A DNA stretch of 64,000 nt from Brevundimonas sp. (GCF_046299595.1 NZ_JBKBHQ010000001.1:1700736-1764735); one strand, 5' to 3'; shown: positions 21,696 through 31,622, numbered from the stretch's first letter. Program-made: numbers and translations. Notes: generated by a model not told the origin, from the sequence alone.

Positions 21696-22778
21696 ATGAC
21701 CTCCTCCGACACCCGCATCCCCGTCACCGTGCTGACCGGCTATCTGGGCGCAGGCAAGACGACCTTGCTCAATCGCATCCTCACCGGCGATCACGGCATG
21801 CGCTATGCGGTGATCGTCAACGAATTCGGCGAGATCGGCATCGACAACGACCTGGTCGTCGGCGCGGACGAGGACCTGTTCGAGATGAACAACGGCTGTG
21901 TCTGCTGCACGGTGCGCGGCGACCTGATCCGGGTGGTGGGTGGCCTGATGCGCAGGCAGAAGCTCGGCGAGCGCGCCTTTGACGGCATCATCGTCGAGAC
22001 CACGGGCCTGGCCGATCCCGGCCCCGTCGCCCAGACCTTTCTGGTGGACGAGGAGGTGCGCGCCAAGACACGCCTCGATGGCGTGACCACCCTGGTCGAT
22101 GCGCGTCATGTCATGGCGCGGCTGGATGATTCCGAACAGGCCCGCGCCCAGGTGGCCTTTGGCGATCTGCTGGTGGTCAACAAGACCGATCTGGTCAGCG
22201 AGGCCGAGCTTGAGGCGGTGGAGGCGCGCCTGCGTGGCCTCAACCCGCTGGCGCCGCTGATCCGCGCCGAGCGCGCGCAGGTGCCTCTGGATCAGGTGCT
22301 GGGGCGCGGGGGCTTTGATCTGACGCGCATGGGCGAGAGCGGCGACCGGCTGGCCAATCCGCCCCACGGTCATGCGGGCCATGTGCACGACGCGCTCTGT
22401 GAGCACGAGCACGGGCACGGGCATCATGAGCACGGGCATGAGCATGGCCATGGGACGGGTCCGCGCGGCCACGACCACGGCGATGACATCGCGGGCGTAT
22501 CGGTGCAATCGGATCGCCCGCTGGACGGCACGCGCCTGACGCGCTGGCTCGATGCGCTGCTGGCCGAGCACGGGGCGGACATCCTGCGCGCCAAGGGCAT
22601 CATCGACGTGGCGGGCGAAGAGCGCAGGCTGGTGTTTCAGGCCGTGCACATGATCCTGGAGGGCGACCTTCAGCGCCCGTGGCGTGACGGCGAGCCGCGC
22701 TACAGCCGCGCGGTCTTCATCGGGCGCAACCTCGACGAGGCCATGCTGCGCGACGGCTTTGCGGCCTGCGTCGCATGA
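21696..22778 (+). CDS. COG0523/CobW-family metallochaperone GTPase
   Basis: LTGYLGAGKTT, IVNEFGEIGID, GCVCCTVRGDL, ETTGLADP, NKTD, His-rich linker, LRAKG. Confidence 0.93.
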   Translation: MTSSDTRIPVTVLTGYLGAGKTTLLNRILTGDHGMRYAVIVNEFGEIGIDNDLVVGADEDLFEMNNGCVCCTVRGDLIRVVGGLMRRQKLGERAFDGIIVETTGLADPGPVAQTFLVDEEVRAKTRLDGVTTLVDARHVMARLDDSEQARAQVAFGDLLVVNKTDLVSEAELEAVEARLRGLNPLAPLIRAERAQVPLDQVLGRGGFDLTRMGESGDRLANPPHGHAGHVHDALCEHEHGHGHHEHGHEHGHGTGPRGHDHGDDIAGVSVQSDRPLDGTRLTRWLDALLAEHGADILRAKGIIDVAGEERRLVFQAVHMILEGDLQRPWRDGEPRYSRAVFIGRNLDEAMLRDGFAACVA

Positions 22779-23758
22779 GGCGTCATCATTTCCATTCCCC
22801 GGTGGTCGAGGCGATCTACGACAGCAAGGGTGCGATCTTCGCGCTGGGCTCGGGCGAGGTGGTGTTCGACAGCGGCGAGCGGGTTCTGGCCCACGGCGGC
22901 GCGGTGCTGTGCGCCTGTGCACACCCGTCGGGCGAGGGCATCGTCACGGGCGGGGATGACGGCGAGGTGATCTGGTCGCGCCGCGACGGGGCGCACAGCC
23001 TGCTGAGCCAGAGCGGGGCATGGTTCGATCAGATCGCCGCCGGTACCTCGGGGCTGATCGCGGTGGCGAGCGGGCGCAAGGTGAGCGTGCTCGATGCGCG
23101 CGATCCGCATTTCCGGCGCATTCTGGACCACGAGCGGCCCGTGCTGGCCCTGGCCTTCGATGCGTCCGGGCGCAGGCTGTTCACCGCTGCCAGCGGAGGG
23201 GTCAGCATCTGGTTCGCGCGCATCGAGAGCCAGACGCCGAAGCGTCTCGTTCATGCGGGCGCGCACCGCAGCATCAGCGTCTCGCCCGATGATCGCTTCG
23301 TCTTCACCGCCATGCACGACCAGCAGCTTCACGGCTGGCGATTGCAGGATGGGCGCGAGATGCGCATGGGCGGCTATCCGGGGCGCACGCGTACCATGAG
23401 CTATATGGAGCGGGGCCGCCGGCTGGCCACCTCGGGCGCGCGCGGGGTGGTGATCTGGCCGCTGGACGGCAAGAACGGGCCGATGGGCCGCGAGGCCAGC
23501 GAGATCGGCCACGAGATCGGCGAGCAGTCCGGTGCGCTGGTCGCCCTGGTGGACAGCGCCACCGATCACGGGCGCATCGTGGCGGGCCTGTCGAACGGTC
23601 TGGTGTGGTGGTCCGAGCCGCTGGCGGGCAAGATGGCCTTTGTCAGCGACGAGATGGATGCGGGCGTCACGGCCCTGGCCATGCGCGCGGACGGCTGCGA
23701 GGTCGCCGTGGGGCGCGAGGACGGTGTGGCCATGATCGAAGACATCGGGCAGGACTGA
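22775..23758 (+). CDS. WD40-like beta-propeller protein
   Basis: Repeated beta-propeller units (IVTGGDDGEVIW, VLALAFD, ISVSPDDRFV); ATGA overlap with cobW. Confidence 0.8.
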   Translation: MRRHHFHSPVVEAIYDSKGAIFALGSGEVVFDSGERVLAHGGAVLCACAHPSGEGIVTGGDDGEVIWSRRDGAHSLLSQSGAWFDQIAAGTSGLIAVASGRKVSVLDARDPHFRRILDHERPVLALAFDASGRRLFTAASGGVSIWFARIESQTPKRLVHAGAHRSISVSPDDRFVFTAMHDQQLHGWRLQDGREMRMGGYPGRTRTMSYMERGRRLATSGARGVVIWPLDGKNGPMGREASEIGHEIGEQSGALVALVDSATDHGRIVAGLSNGLVWWSEPLAGKMAFVSDEMDAGVTALAMRADGCEVAVGREDGVAMIEDIGQD

Positions 23759-23761
23759 GCC

Positions 23762-24466
23762 ATGGACACCCCCGCGTCAGGACCGGCCTCGCGCAGGCGG
23801 CTGCGCGCGGCCCTGATCGCAGCCGCCGTGCTGATGATGCTGCCCGTGGGCGGGGTGCTGGCGCACGGCGTCTTTCCGGTGCCGGTGACCTTGCTGATGG
23901 TGCAGAGAAGCTTGGAGGGCGAGGGCCTGGACTATCGCTGGCGCCCGCTGCGCGAGATCTCTCCGCGGCTGATCGAGGCGGTGATCGCCGCCGAGGACGC
24001 CAACTTCTGTGCGCACATGGGCTTCGACTTCGAGGCCATCGAGCAGGCCATGGCCGCCAATGCGCGCGGGCGCAGGCTGCGCGGGGCCTCCACCCTGAGC
24101 CAGCAGACGGCCAAGAACGTCTATCTGTGGCCGGGGCGCGGCTGGCTGCGCAAGGGGCTGGAGGCGGGCTACACAGGCCTGATCGAGGCGGTCTGGACCA
24201 AGGGGCGCGTCATGGAAGTCTATCTGAACGTCGCTGAATGGGGGCCGGGCGTCTATGGCGCCGAGGCGGCCGCGCGCCACTGGTTCGGCAAGTCGGCGAG
24301 CGACTTGAGCGCCAGCGAGGCCGCAAGGCTGGCGGCGATCCTGCCCAGCCCGCGCCGCTATCAGGCCGCATCGCCGGGGCCTTATGTCAGGCGCCGCGCC
24401 GCCCAGATTCAGGGCGCCATGGCCACGGTGCGCGAGCAGGGAATGAGCGCCTGCATCCGCCGCTGA
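23762..24466 (+). CDS. mtgA: Monofunctional peptidoglycan transglycosylase
   Basis: AAEDANFCAHMGFD, RGASTLSQQTAKN, RKGLE, YLNVAEWG. Confidence 0.93.
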   Translation: MDTPASGPASRRRLRAALIAAAVLMMLPVGGVLAHGVFPVPVTLLMVQRSLEGEGLDYRWRPLREISPRLIEAVIAAEDANFCAHMGFDFEAIEQAMAANARGRRLRGASTLSQQTAKNVYLWPGRGWLRKGLEAGYTGLIEAVWTKGRVMEVYLNVAEWGPGVYGAEAAARHWFGKSASDLSASEAARLAAILPSPRRYQAASPGPYVRRRAAQIQGAMATVREQGMSACIRR

Positions 24467-24584
24467 GCGCTTTATTTCCGCATTAACCGCGCGCGCTGGC
24501 AGATCATTTACCGCGATCTGCCACGCTTCCTCACGCAGAGGTGGGCCGTGCGCCCGCCCGGACGATTTGCGCTGGGGATGAAGC

Positions 24585-26429
24585 ATGAGGATCATTGAGC
24601 GTCTGGAGGCCGTGGCCGCAGGCTTGCGCCGGTTTGCCGGTGCCTTCCGCCTGTCGCGGGACGGCGGCGTGGCCATGATGTTCGCCATTGCCCTGCCGCC
24701 CCTGACCCTGATGGCCGTGGCGGGCGTGGACATCCACCGTGCCACAACGGTGCGCATGAACCTTCAGGATGCGCTCGATGCCGCCACCCTGGCGGCGGCG
24801 CGCTCGGGCGCGACCACCGATGACGAGATCGCGCGCATCGGCATGGCCACCTTGCGCGCCAACATGCAGGCCTTTCAGGGCGCAAGCCTGCTGGAGGGCC
24901 AGACCCAGTTCCGCCTGCTCGACGACGGCGTGGTCGTGGCGTCGAGCAAGGCGCGCGTGGACACGCTGGTGTCCAACATGTTCCTCGGCGATCTCATCAA
25001 TGTGGGCGTGAACTCCGAGGTCATCCGCTCGTCCAAGAACCTCGAGGTGGCGCTGGTGCTCGACATCACCGGTTCCATGGCGGGCCAGCCCATCATCGAC
25101 CTGCGCAACGCCGCCAGCGAGCTGGTGGACCTGGTCGTGCAGGACGTGCAGACGCCCTATTATTCGCGCATGTCCGTGGTGCCCTATTCCATGGGCGTCA
25201 ATGTCGGAAACCTCGCCAACACGGCCCGCGGCACGCCCCCGCCCGCGCGCGGCATCACCAATGCCGTCTGGCACACCGGCAATGCGCGCAACATCAGCGC
25301 CATCACCCGCGCCTCGACCGTGACCATCACATCGAACGGTCACGGCTTCCAGAACGGCAACGTCGTGCACATCAGCGGCGTCAGCGGCATGACCCAGATC
25401 AACGGCCGCTATGGCGTGGTGACCAACCGCACCAACAACACCTTCCAGATTCAGGGCCTGAGCAGCTCGTCGTTCAGCAATTATTCCTCGGGCGGCACCA
25501 TCCGCCAGTGCCTGCGCAGCGACTGCGCGGTCACCGTCACCTCGAACAGCCACGGCTTCCAGAACGGCAGCCCGGTGCACATCACCGCCCTGGCGGGGAT
25601 GCCGGCGATCAACAACCAGACCTTCACCGTGCGCGAGCGGGCGGCCAACACCTTCGTGCTCGAAGGCTCCGATCCGGGCAATGGCGCGCTTTACAGCTCG
25701 GGCGGTCAGGCGTGGTGCGCGTCCTATGGCTGTCAGTATTTCGCCTTCACCACGGGCACGGGCAATCCCATGACCCTGCAGATCAGCTCGTGCGTGGCCG
25801 AGCGCACGGGTACCCATGCCTATCGCGACAGCCATCCGTCCACGGCTCTGGTCAGCGCCAACTATCCGACTTCGCCCAACCCATGTCCCACCCAGCAGCT
25901 CATGCCGCTGACCAGCAACCGCACCCAGCTTCGCAATCTGGTCACCAGCCTTCAGGCGGGCGGCTCGACCGCCGGTCAGATCGGTCTGGCGTGGGGCTGG
26001 TACACCGTCTCGCCGGTGTTCGGCACGATATTCTCGGGCGAGGGGCGTCCCGCCCCGCACGATCCGCTGGAGACCATGAAGGTGGTCATCCTGATGACCG
26101 ACGGGGAGTTCAACACCGCCTATTGCAACGGCGTGGTCTCGCGCAGCTCGACCACCGGCAGCGGTGCTCTGGCGAACCAGATCAACTGCAATGCCACCAA
26201 CGGCGGGGCCTTCACCCAGGCGAGAGCCCTTTGCAACGCCATGAAGCAGGACGGCATCATCCTCTACACCGTGGGCTTCAATGTGCTCGATATGCCGGAG
26301 GTGGGCGAGCTGATGCGCGACTGCGCCTCTTCGCCGGGCAACGTCTATATGCCCGAAGGTGGCACCAGCCTGCGCGAGGCCTTCCGCGCCATCGGCCGCG
26401 ACATCTCCTCGCTGCGCATCGCGCGCTGA
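24585..26429 (+). CDS. TadG/TadE-like pilus-associated protein with vWA domain and duplicated insert
   Basis: N-terminal Tad-type RDGGVAMMFAIAL...AGVD...QDALDAATLAAA; vWA motifs LVLDITGSM and ILMTDGEFN; two ~70-aa repeats. Confidence 0.8.
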   Translation: MRIIERLEAVAAGLRRFAGAFRLSRDGGVAMMFAIALPPLTLMAVAGVDIHRATTVRMNLQDALDAATLAAARSGATTDDEIARIGMATLRANMQAFQGASLLEGQTQFRLLDDGVVVASSKARVDTLVSNMFLGDLINVGVNSEVIRSSKNLEVALVLDITGSMAGQPIIDLRNAASELVDLVVQDVQTPYYSRMSVVPYSMGVNVGNLANTARGTPPPARGITNAVWHTGNARNISAITRASTVTITSNGHGFQNGNVVHISGVSGMTQINGRYGVVTNRTNNTFQIQGLSSSSFSNYSSGGTIRQCLRSDCAVTVTSNSHGFQNGSPVHITALAGMPAINNQTFTVRERAANTFVLEGSDPGNGALYSSGGQAWCASYGCQYFAFTTGTGNPMTLQISSCVAERTGTHAYRDSHPSTALVSANYPTSPNPCPTQQLMPLTSNRTQLRNLVTSLQAGGSTAGQIGLAWGWYTVSPVFGTIFSGEGRPAPHDPLETMKVVILMTDGEFNTAYCNGVVSRSSTTGSGALANQINCNATNGGAFTQARALCNAMKQDGIILYTVGFNVLDMPEVGELMRDCASSPGNVYMPEGGTSLREAFRAIGRDISSLRIAR

Positions 26430-26540
26430 ACCCTTTCTCCCGCGTGGCTGATCCCTGATCTCGGGCACGCACCTTGAGGCGTCGGTGTCGCAGCCGACGC
26501 CCTTTCTTTTGGCGGCCCCTTATCTTTTTACAGCCATGCG

Positions 26541-26569
26541 AAAACGGCCCGGAGGCGGGTCCGGGCCGT
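26541..26569 (-). terminator. Intrinsic terminator downstream of tacA
   Basis: 10-bp stem ACGGCCCGGA/TCCGGGCCGT followed by TTTT on the minus strand. Confidence 0.6.
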
Positions 26570-26598
26570 CTGGTTACAGTGCGTGGTGTCGGCGGCTT

Positions 26599-28035
26599 TT
26601 AGCCCGCTTCGCGCAGCGATCCCTCAAGGCCCTGCTCGCGCACCTTGCGATAGAGCGTCGAGCGGCCGATGCCGAGCCTGCGGGCGATCTCGGACATGTG
26701 CCCGGCATAGACCTCGATGGCGTGCTGGATCAGGTCGCGCTCGATGTCCTCAAGGGTGCGCAGGTGCCCGCGCGCGTCGAGAATCTGGACCGGAGCGGCG
26801 GGCATCTCGATGGCCGGTGCCGATGCGGGCGCGGGCAGGGCCTCTGCCGGCACCGGCATGGCCACGCCCGATATGGCCGGGAAGTCGTGCAGTTGCAGAT
26901 AGGGCCCGTCGCTGAGCACGATGGCGCGATAGATGGCGTTCTCCAGCTGGCGCACATTGCCCGGCCAGTCGTGGGCCACCAGCATCTCCATGGTCTCCGG
27001 GGCCGCTCCGGCGACGCGCTTGCCTTCCTCGACGTTGAAGCGGCTGATGAAGTGCTGGACCAGGGCCGGAATGTCCTCGCGCCGCTCTCGAAGGGGCGGG
27101 GCCTCCAGCGGAAAGACGTTGAGGCGATAGAACAGATCCTCGCGGAAGCTGCCGTCCTTCACCCCCAGCGCCAGATCGCGGTTGGTGGCCGACACGATGC
27201 GCACGTCGATCTTCACGCTGCGGCGCGCACCCACGGGGTCGATCTCGCCTTCCTGAAGCACGCGCAGCAGCTTGACCTGCATCTCAAGGGGCAGCTCGCC
27301 CACCTCGTCGAGGAACAAGGTGCCCCCGTCCGCCTCGCGGAACTTGCCGGGGTGCTTGTCGGTGGCGCCGGTAAAGCTGCCCTTCTCGTGGCCGAACAGG
27401 ATCGATTCCACCAGATTGGCGGGCAGGGCGCCGCAGTTGACGGCCACGAACGGCTTGCCGCGCCGGTCCGATGCGCCATGCAGGGCGCGCGCGATGACTT
27501 CCTTGCCCACGCCGCTCTCGCCCGTGATCAGCACCGGAATGTTCGATCCCGCCGCGCGCGTGCCCAAGGCCTTGAGCTGCATCATGGCGGGCGATGCGCC
27601 GACCAGATCATCGAAGCTGGTGCGCCCCGAGACGTGCTTTTTCAGGCGGTCGACCTCGCCGGCCAGATCGCCCATCTCGAGGGCGTTGCGGATCGAGACC
27701 AGAATGCGCTCGGCGCTGGCGGGCTTGATGAAGAAGTCGCGTGCCCCGGCCTGCATGGCCCGCACCACGGTGTCGATGCCGCCGGTCGCCGTCAGCACGA
27801 TCACGGGCGTGCGCAGGCCGCGCGCGCGCATCTGGCCAAGGGTTTCCATGCCCGACAGGCCGGGCATGTTGAGATCGAGCAGCACCACGTCGATGGCCGC
27901 ACCGCCCGAAAGCTGGTCGAGCGCGCTCTGGCCGTTTTCGGCATGGATGACGCCGAAGCCCTCGCGCTCGAGCACGGACTGCACCAGTCGGTGGATCGTG
28001 GGGTCGTCGTCGACCACCAGCACGTTTCTGGCCAT
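26599..28035 (-). CDS. tacA: Sigma-54-dependent response regulator (TacA-like)
   Basis: Receiver + AAA+ (GESGVGKE, GSFTGA, FLDEVGELP, FREDLFYRLNV, WPGNVRQLEN) + Fis HTH; divergent from pepF as I recall for Caulobacter tacA. Confidence 0.8.
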   Translation of the reverse strand: MARNVLVVDDDPTIHRLVQSVLEREGFGVIHAENGQSALDQLSGGAAIDVVLLDLNMPGLSGMETLGQMRARGLRTPVIVLTATGGIDTVVRAMQAGARDFFIKPASAERILVSIRNALEMGDLAGEVDRLKKHVSGRTSFDDLVGASPAMMQLKALGTRAAGSNIPVLITGESGVGKEVIARALHGASDRRGKPFVAVNCGALPANLVESILFGHEKGSFTGATDKHPGKFREADGGTLFLDEVGELPLEMQVKLLRVLQEGEIDPVGARRSVKIDVRIVSATNRDLALGVKDGSFREDLFYRLNVFPLEAPPLRERREDIPALVQHFISRFNVEEGKRVAGAAPETMEMLVAHDWPGNVRQLENAIYRAIVLSDGPYLQLHDFPAISGVAMPVPAEALPAPASAPAIEMPAAPVQILDARGHLRTLEDIERDLIQHAIEVYAGHMSEIARRLGIGRSTLYRKVREQGLEGSLREAG

Positions 28036-28209
28036 GAAAGCCGGTCTCCATCACCATCTGGCCGGCCTCGCCGCCGGGCAGGGACCGGGTGCGGGCAGGC
28101 TCGTTTCGGCACAAACCTAGCCGCAAGGGCGTGAAGATCGGGTTTAAGGGGTGCACCGATCAGATGCGCAACTTGCGCCGCGCGCCATCCGACCCCACAC
28201 CTTGAGACC

Positions 28210-30003
28210 ATGAACGCACCCTTTCGCACCAAAGCCGCCCTGCCGCAGTGGGATCTTTCCGAGCTTTATGCCTCACTGGACGATCCGCGCATCGAGGCGG
28301 ATCTGGCCCGCGCGGGCGAGCAGGCGCAGGCCTTTTCGGCCAGGGCGGGCACCCTGGTGCCACTGGCGGGCGAGCCGGCAAGGCTTGGCGAGACGCTCGA
28401 TGCCCTGATCGGGGACTATGAGGCCCTGACCGACGCGCTGGGGCGCGTGGCGGCCTATGCGGGACTGATGGCGGCTGCGAACCGGCTGGATGGGCGCCGC
28501 GTCGCCTTCGAGGCCGATGTGCGCGCACGCATCGGCCAGATGGCGGCCCTGACGGTCTGGCTGGGGCCAGAGATCAACCGCCTCAGCGACGGGGCGCTGG
28601 AGGCGGCGGCGCGGGCTCACGCACCGCTCTTGCGCTGGCGGCCCTGGCTCGATCAGGTGCGCGCTCGCCGCGCTCACGAGCTGTCGGACGAGATGGAGCG
28701 CTTCCTTGCCGAGCGCAGCGCCATTGCCGCCCAGTGGCCGCGACTGTTCGACGAGACGCTCGCCGCCCTCAAGGTCGGCCCCGAAGGCCGCTCGCTCAGC
28801 GAGGCGCTGAACGACCTGAGCGATCTGCGCAGCTCGGTGCGCAAGGCCAGTGCGGGACATCTGTCGAAGGTGCTGGCGGACAAGGCACCCGTGCTGGCGC
28901 TGTGTCTGAACACGGTCATTCAGGAAAAGGCGCTGGAGGATCGCTGGCGCGGCTTTTCCGATCCGGCCGCCTCGCGCCATCTGGACAACCGGGTCGATCC
29001 CGAAGCGGTCGAGGCCATGGTCGAGGCCGTGCGCGCGTCCGCCCCGGCGATCTCGCACCGCTATTACCGGCTCAAGGCGCGCGCCATGGGCCGCAGCCAG
29101 CTCGATCACTGGGACCGCAACGCGCCTCTGACGGCCAAGGCCCCGCGCAGCTATGACTGGGACGAGGGCCGCGAGATCGTGCTGCACAGCTTCGCGCGCC
29201 TCGGCCAGCCCTTCGAGGCCATCGCGCGCAGCTTCTTCGAGAACGGCTGGATCGATGCCGCGCCCAGACCCGGCAAGCAGGCCGGGGCCTTTGCGCACCC
29301 CGTGGTGGCCAGCAGCCATCCCTATATCTTCATGAACTGGATGGGCGAGCGGCGCGACGTGCTGACCCTGGCGCACGAGCTGGGCCACGGCGTGCATCAG
29401 GAACTGGCGCGCAGCCAGGGCACCTTGCTGTCCCAGACGCCGCTCACCCTGGCCGAGACGGCCTCGATCTTTGCCGAGGGCCTGACGTTCGAGCACCTGC
29501 TGGAGCACGCGCCCGCTGCCGAACAGCGGGGCCTGCTGGCCTCGCGCATCGAGGACGGCCTCAACACCGTGGTGCGCCAGATCGCCTTTCACAGCTTCGA
29601 GGCGCGCGTGCACGCGCAGCGGGCCGAAGGTGAGGTGAGCGCGGACGCCCTGGGGCGCATCTGGTGCGAGGTGATGGGCGAGAGCCTTGGCCCGGCCGTG
29701 CGGCTGAACCCCGGCTACGAGGTTTACTGGGCCTATGTGCCCCATTTCGTGCACACGCCTTTCTATGTTTATGCCTATGCGTTCGGCGACCTGCTGGTGG
29801 CCAGCCTGATGGAGCGGCGTGCGGCCGATCCCGAGGGCTTTGCACCGCTGTATCGCGATCTGCTGGGCGCGGGCGGGGCGAAGGGCTATGTCGAGGCGCT
29901 GGCGCCCTTCGGCCTTGACCCGCGCGAGCCGTCCTTCTGGGCCACGGGGCTGAAGCGGCTGGAGCGGCTGGTGGACGCCTTCGAGGCGCAGGTGGGTGGC
30001 TGA
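28210..30003 (+). CDS. pepF: M3 family oligoendopeptidase F
   Basis: PQWDLSELY, GAF, TLAHELGHGVH (HExxH), AETAS, YVYAYAFG. Confidence 0.9.
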   Translation: MNAPFRTKAALPQWDLSELYASLDDPRIEADLARAGEQAQAFSARAGTLVPLAGEPARLGETLDALIGDYEALTDALGRVAAYAGLMAAANRLDGRRVAFEADVRARIGQMAALTVWLGPEINRLSDGALEAAARAHAPLLRWRPWLDQVRARRAHELSDEMERFLAERSAIAAQWPRLFDETLAALKVGPEGRSLSEALNDLSDLRSSVRKASAGHLSKVLADKAPVLALCLNTVIQEKALEDRWRGFSDPAASRHLDNRVDPEAVEAMVEAVRASAPAISHRYYRLKARAMGRSQLDHWDRNAPLTAKAPRSYDWDEGREIVLHSFARLGQPFEAIARSFFENGWIDAAPRPGKQAGAFAHPVVASSHPYIFMNWMGERRDVLTLAHELGHGVHQELARSQGTLLSQTPLTLAETASIFAEGLTFEHLLEHAPAAEQRGLLASRIEDGLNTVVRQIAFHSFEARVHAQRAEGEVSADALGRIWCEVMGESLGPAVRLNPGYEVYWAYVPHFVHTPFYVYAYAFGDLLVASLMERRAADPEGFAPLYRDLLGAGGAKGYVEALAPFGLDPREPSFWATGLKRLERLVDAFEAQVGG

Positions 30004-30044
30004 GCCCTGCGACAGTGAGGACGTGAGCACAGATCAGCGGTGAC

Positions 30045-30072
30045 TTGAGCGGCGCGCGCGGATCGCTATAGT
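30045..30072 (+). promoter_or_regulatory. Sigma70/73-type promoter
   Basis: TTGAGC-N14-GCTATAGT, resembling the Caulobacter housekeeping consensus TTGaCg...GCtANAWC. Confidence 0.5.
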
Positions 30073-30109
30073 CCGCGCGCAATTGCACCGGATGAACGGA
30101 GATCGGCCC

Positions 30110-30349
30110 ATGGCTGGCGGAACCCCCAACGACTATGAGCGCGGCAGCATGGAGATCGGCGAGCAGTCCTCGACCTGGTCGCTGTTCATGCTCATGACCA
30201 AGTGGGGCTCGCTGGCGGTCGCGGTGGGCGTGCTGTTCCTCGTGCTGTGGTTCATGCCGCAGGGCAGCTTCCTGACGGCGCTGGTGGTATCGGTGGTGGC
30301 GCTGGCGCTGGGGATCTTCTTCCTGCGCGAGAAGCCTGCCGCGCACTGA
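30110..30349 (+). CDS. aa3-type cytochrome c oxidase subunit IV
   Basis: DYERGSMEIGEQSSTWSLFMLMTKWGSL, typical of alphaproteobacterial subunit IV; 79 aa. Confidence 0.75.
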   Translation: MAGGTPNDYERGSMEIGEQSSTWSLFMLMTKWGSLAVAVGVLFLVLWFMPQGSFLTALVVSVVALALGIFFLREKPAAH

Positions 30350-30485
30350 GGCACCGCCTCGGACAGCTGCGTTGTGACCGGCTGCGAGGCGTGTCGCGCA
30401 CTCTTGTTGTCCACCGGTGTCATCAGAGCCTTTGACGACTCTTTGCGAAACATCCTAACGTCCTCGCTCAAGGCCCTGAGGGAGG

Positions 30486-31622
30486 ATGCGCGTGTCTGTC
30501 GTGATCGCCGTAAGCCGTGAGCGCCGCGACGGCGAGACCCGCGTGGCGGCAACGCCGGCCTCGGTCAAGATTTTGAAAGGTCTGGGCGCGCGGGTGCTGG
30601 TCGAGACCGGGGCGGGGCTGTCGTCCTCCATTCCCGATGCGGACTATGAGGCCGCCGGTGCCGAGATCGCTGCCGATACCGCGCGCGCGCTCGGCCCTGC
30701 GGACATACTGCTCAAGGTGCGCGGGCCGGCGGCGCAGGAGATCAGCGCGCTGAAGCCTGGCACCGTGGTCATCGGCCTGCTCGATGCCTGGCGCGAGAAG
30801 GACACGCTGAAGTCCCTCGCCAGTGCAGGGCTCAGCGCCATCGCCATGGAGTTCGTGCCGCGCATCACCCGCGCGCAGGCGATGGATGCGCTGTCCTCCC
30901 AGGCCAATCTGGCCGGATATCGCGCCGTGATCGAGGCCGCGCACCTTTATGGCCGGGGCTTTCCCATGATGATGACGGCGGCGGGCACGGTGGCGGCGGC
31001 CAAGGTGTTCGTCATGGGCGCAGGCGTGGCGGGGCTTCAGGCCATCGCCACGGCGAGGCGTCTGGGCGCGGTGGTCACGGCCACGGACGTGCGCCCGGCC
31101 GCCAAGGAGCAGGTCGAGAGCCTCGGGGCCAAGTTCATCGCGGTCGAGGACGAGGAGTTCAGGGCCGCAGAGACGGCGGCGGGCTATGCCAGGCCCATGT
31201 CGGCGGAATATCAGGCCAGGCAGGCCGAGCTGACCGCCAGCCACATCACCAAGCAGGACGTGGTCATCACCACGGCGCTGATCCCCGGCCGCCCCGCGCC
31301 GCGACTGGTCAGCGCCGCCCACATCGGCACCATGAAGCCCGGCGCCGTGCTGATTGATCTGGCGGTCGAGAGCGGCGGCAATGTGGAGGGCTCGCGCCCC
31401 GATCAGGTCGTGACCACGCCCGGCGGGGTGATGATCGCGGGCTTTTCCAACCTGCCGGGCCGGATCGCGGCGGACGCCTCGGCGCTCTATGCGCGCAATC
31501 TGGCGGCGCTGGCGGGCCTGCTGGTGCGCGATGGGGCAGTGCAGCTTGATCGCGAGGACGAGATCATCGGGGCCAGCCTGATCACCCACGGCGGGCAGAT
31601 CGTGCACGAGGGGCTCAAGTGA
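30486..31622 (+). CDS. pntAa: NAD(P) transhydrogenase subunit alpha, part 1
   Basis: ETRVAATP, VPRITRAQAMDALSSQANLAGYRAV, GAGVAGLQAIATA, TTALIPG. Confidence 0.95.
   Translation: MRVSVVIAVSRERRDGETRVAATPASVKILKGLGARVLVETGAGLSSSIPDADYEAAGAEIAADTARALGPADILLKVRGPAAQEISALKPGTVVIGLLDAWREKDTLKSLASAGLSAIAMEFVPRITRAQAMDALSSQANLAGYRAVIEAAHLYGRGFPMMMTAAGTVAAAKVFVMGAGVAGLQAIATARRLGAVVTATDVRPAAKEQVESLGAKFIAVEDEEFRAAETAAGYARPMSAEYQARQAELTASHITKQDVVITTALIPGRPAPRLVSAAHIGTMKPGAVLIDLAVESGGNVEGSRPDQVVTTPGGVMIAGFSNLPGRIAADASALYARNLAALAGLLVRDGAVQLDREDEIIGASLITHGGQIVHEGLK

Noticed and set aside
20643-22490. His/Gly codon repeats in the CDF and CobW genes as VNTRs
   Set aside because: Explained by normal His-rich metal-binding linkers in these families.
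19719-23758. tRNA-anchored genomic island
   Set aside because: No integrase, no duplicated tRNA 3' end seen, and GC and codon usage match the host.
28128-28147. CtrA box upstream of tacA (minus strand TAAA-N7-TTCAC)
   Set aside because: Too degenerate to call from sequence alone, although biologically expected.
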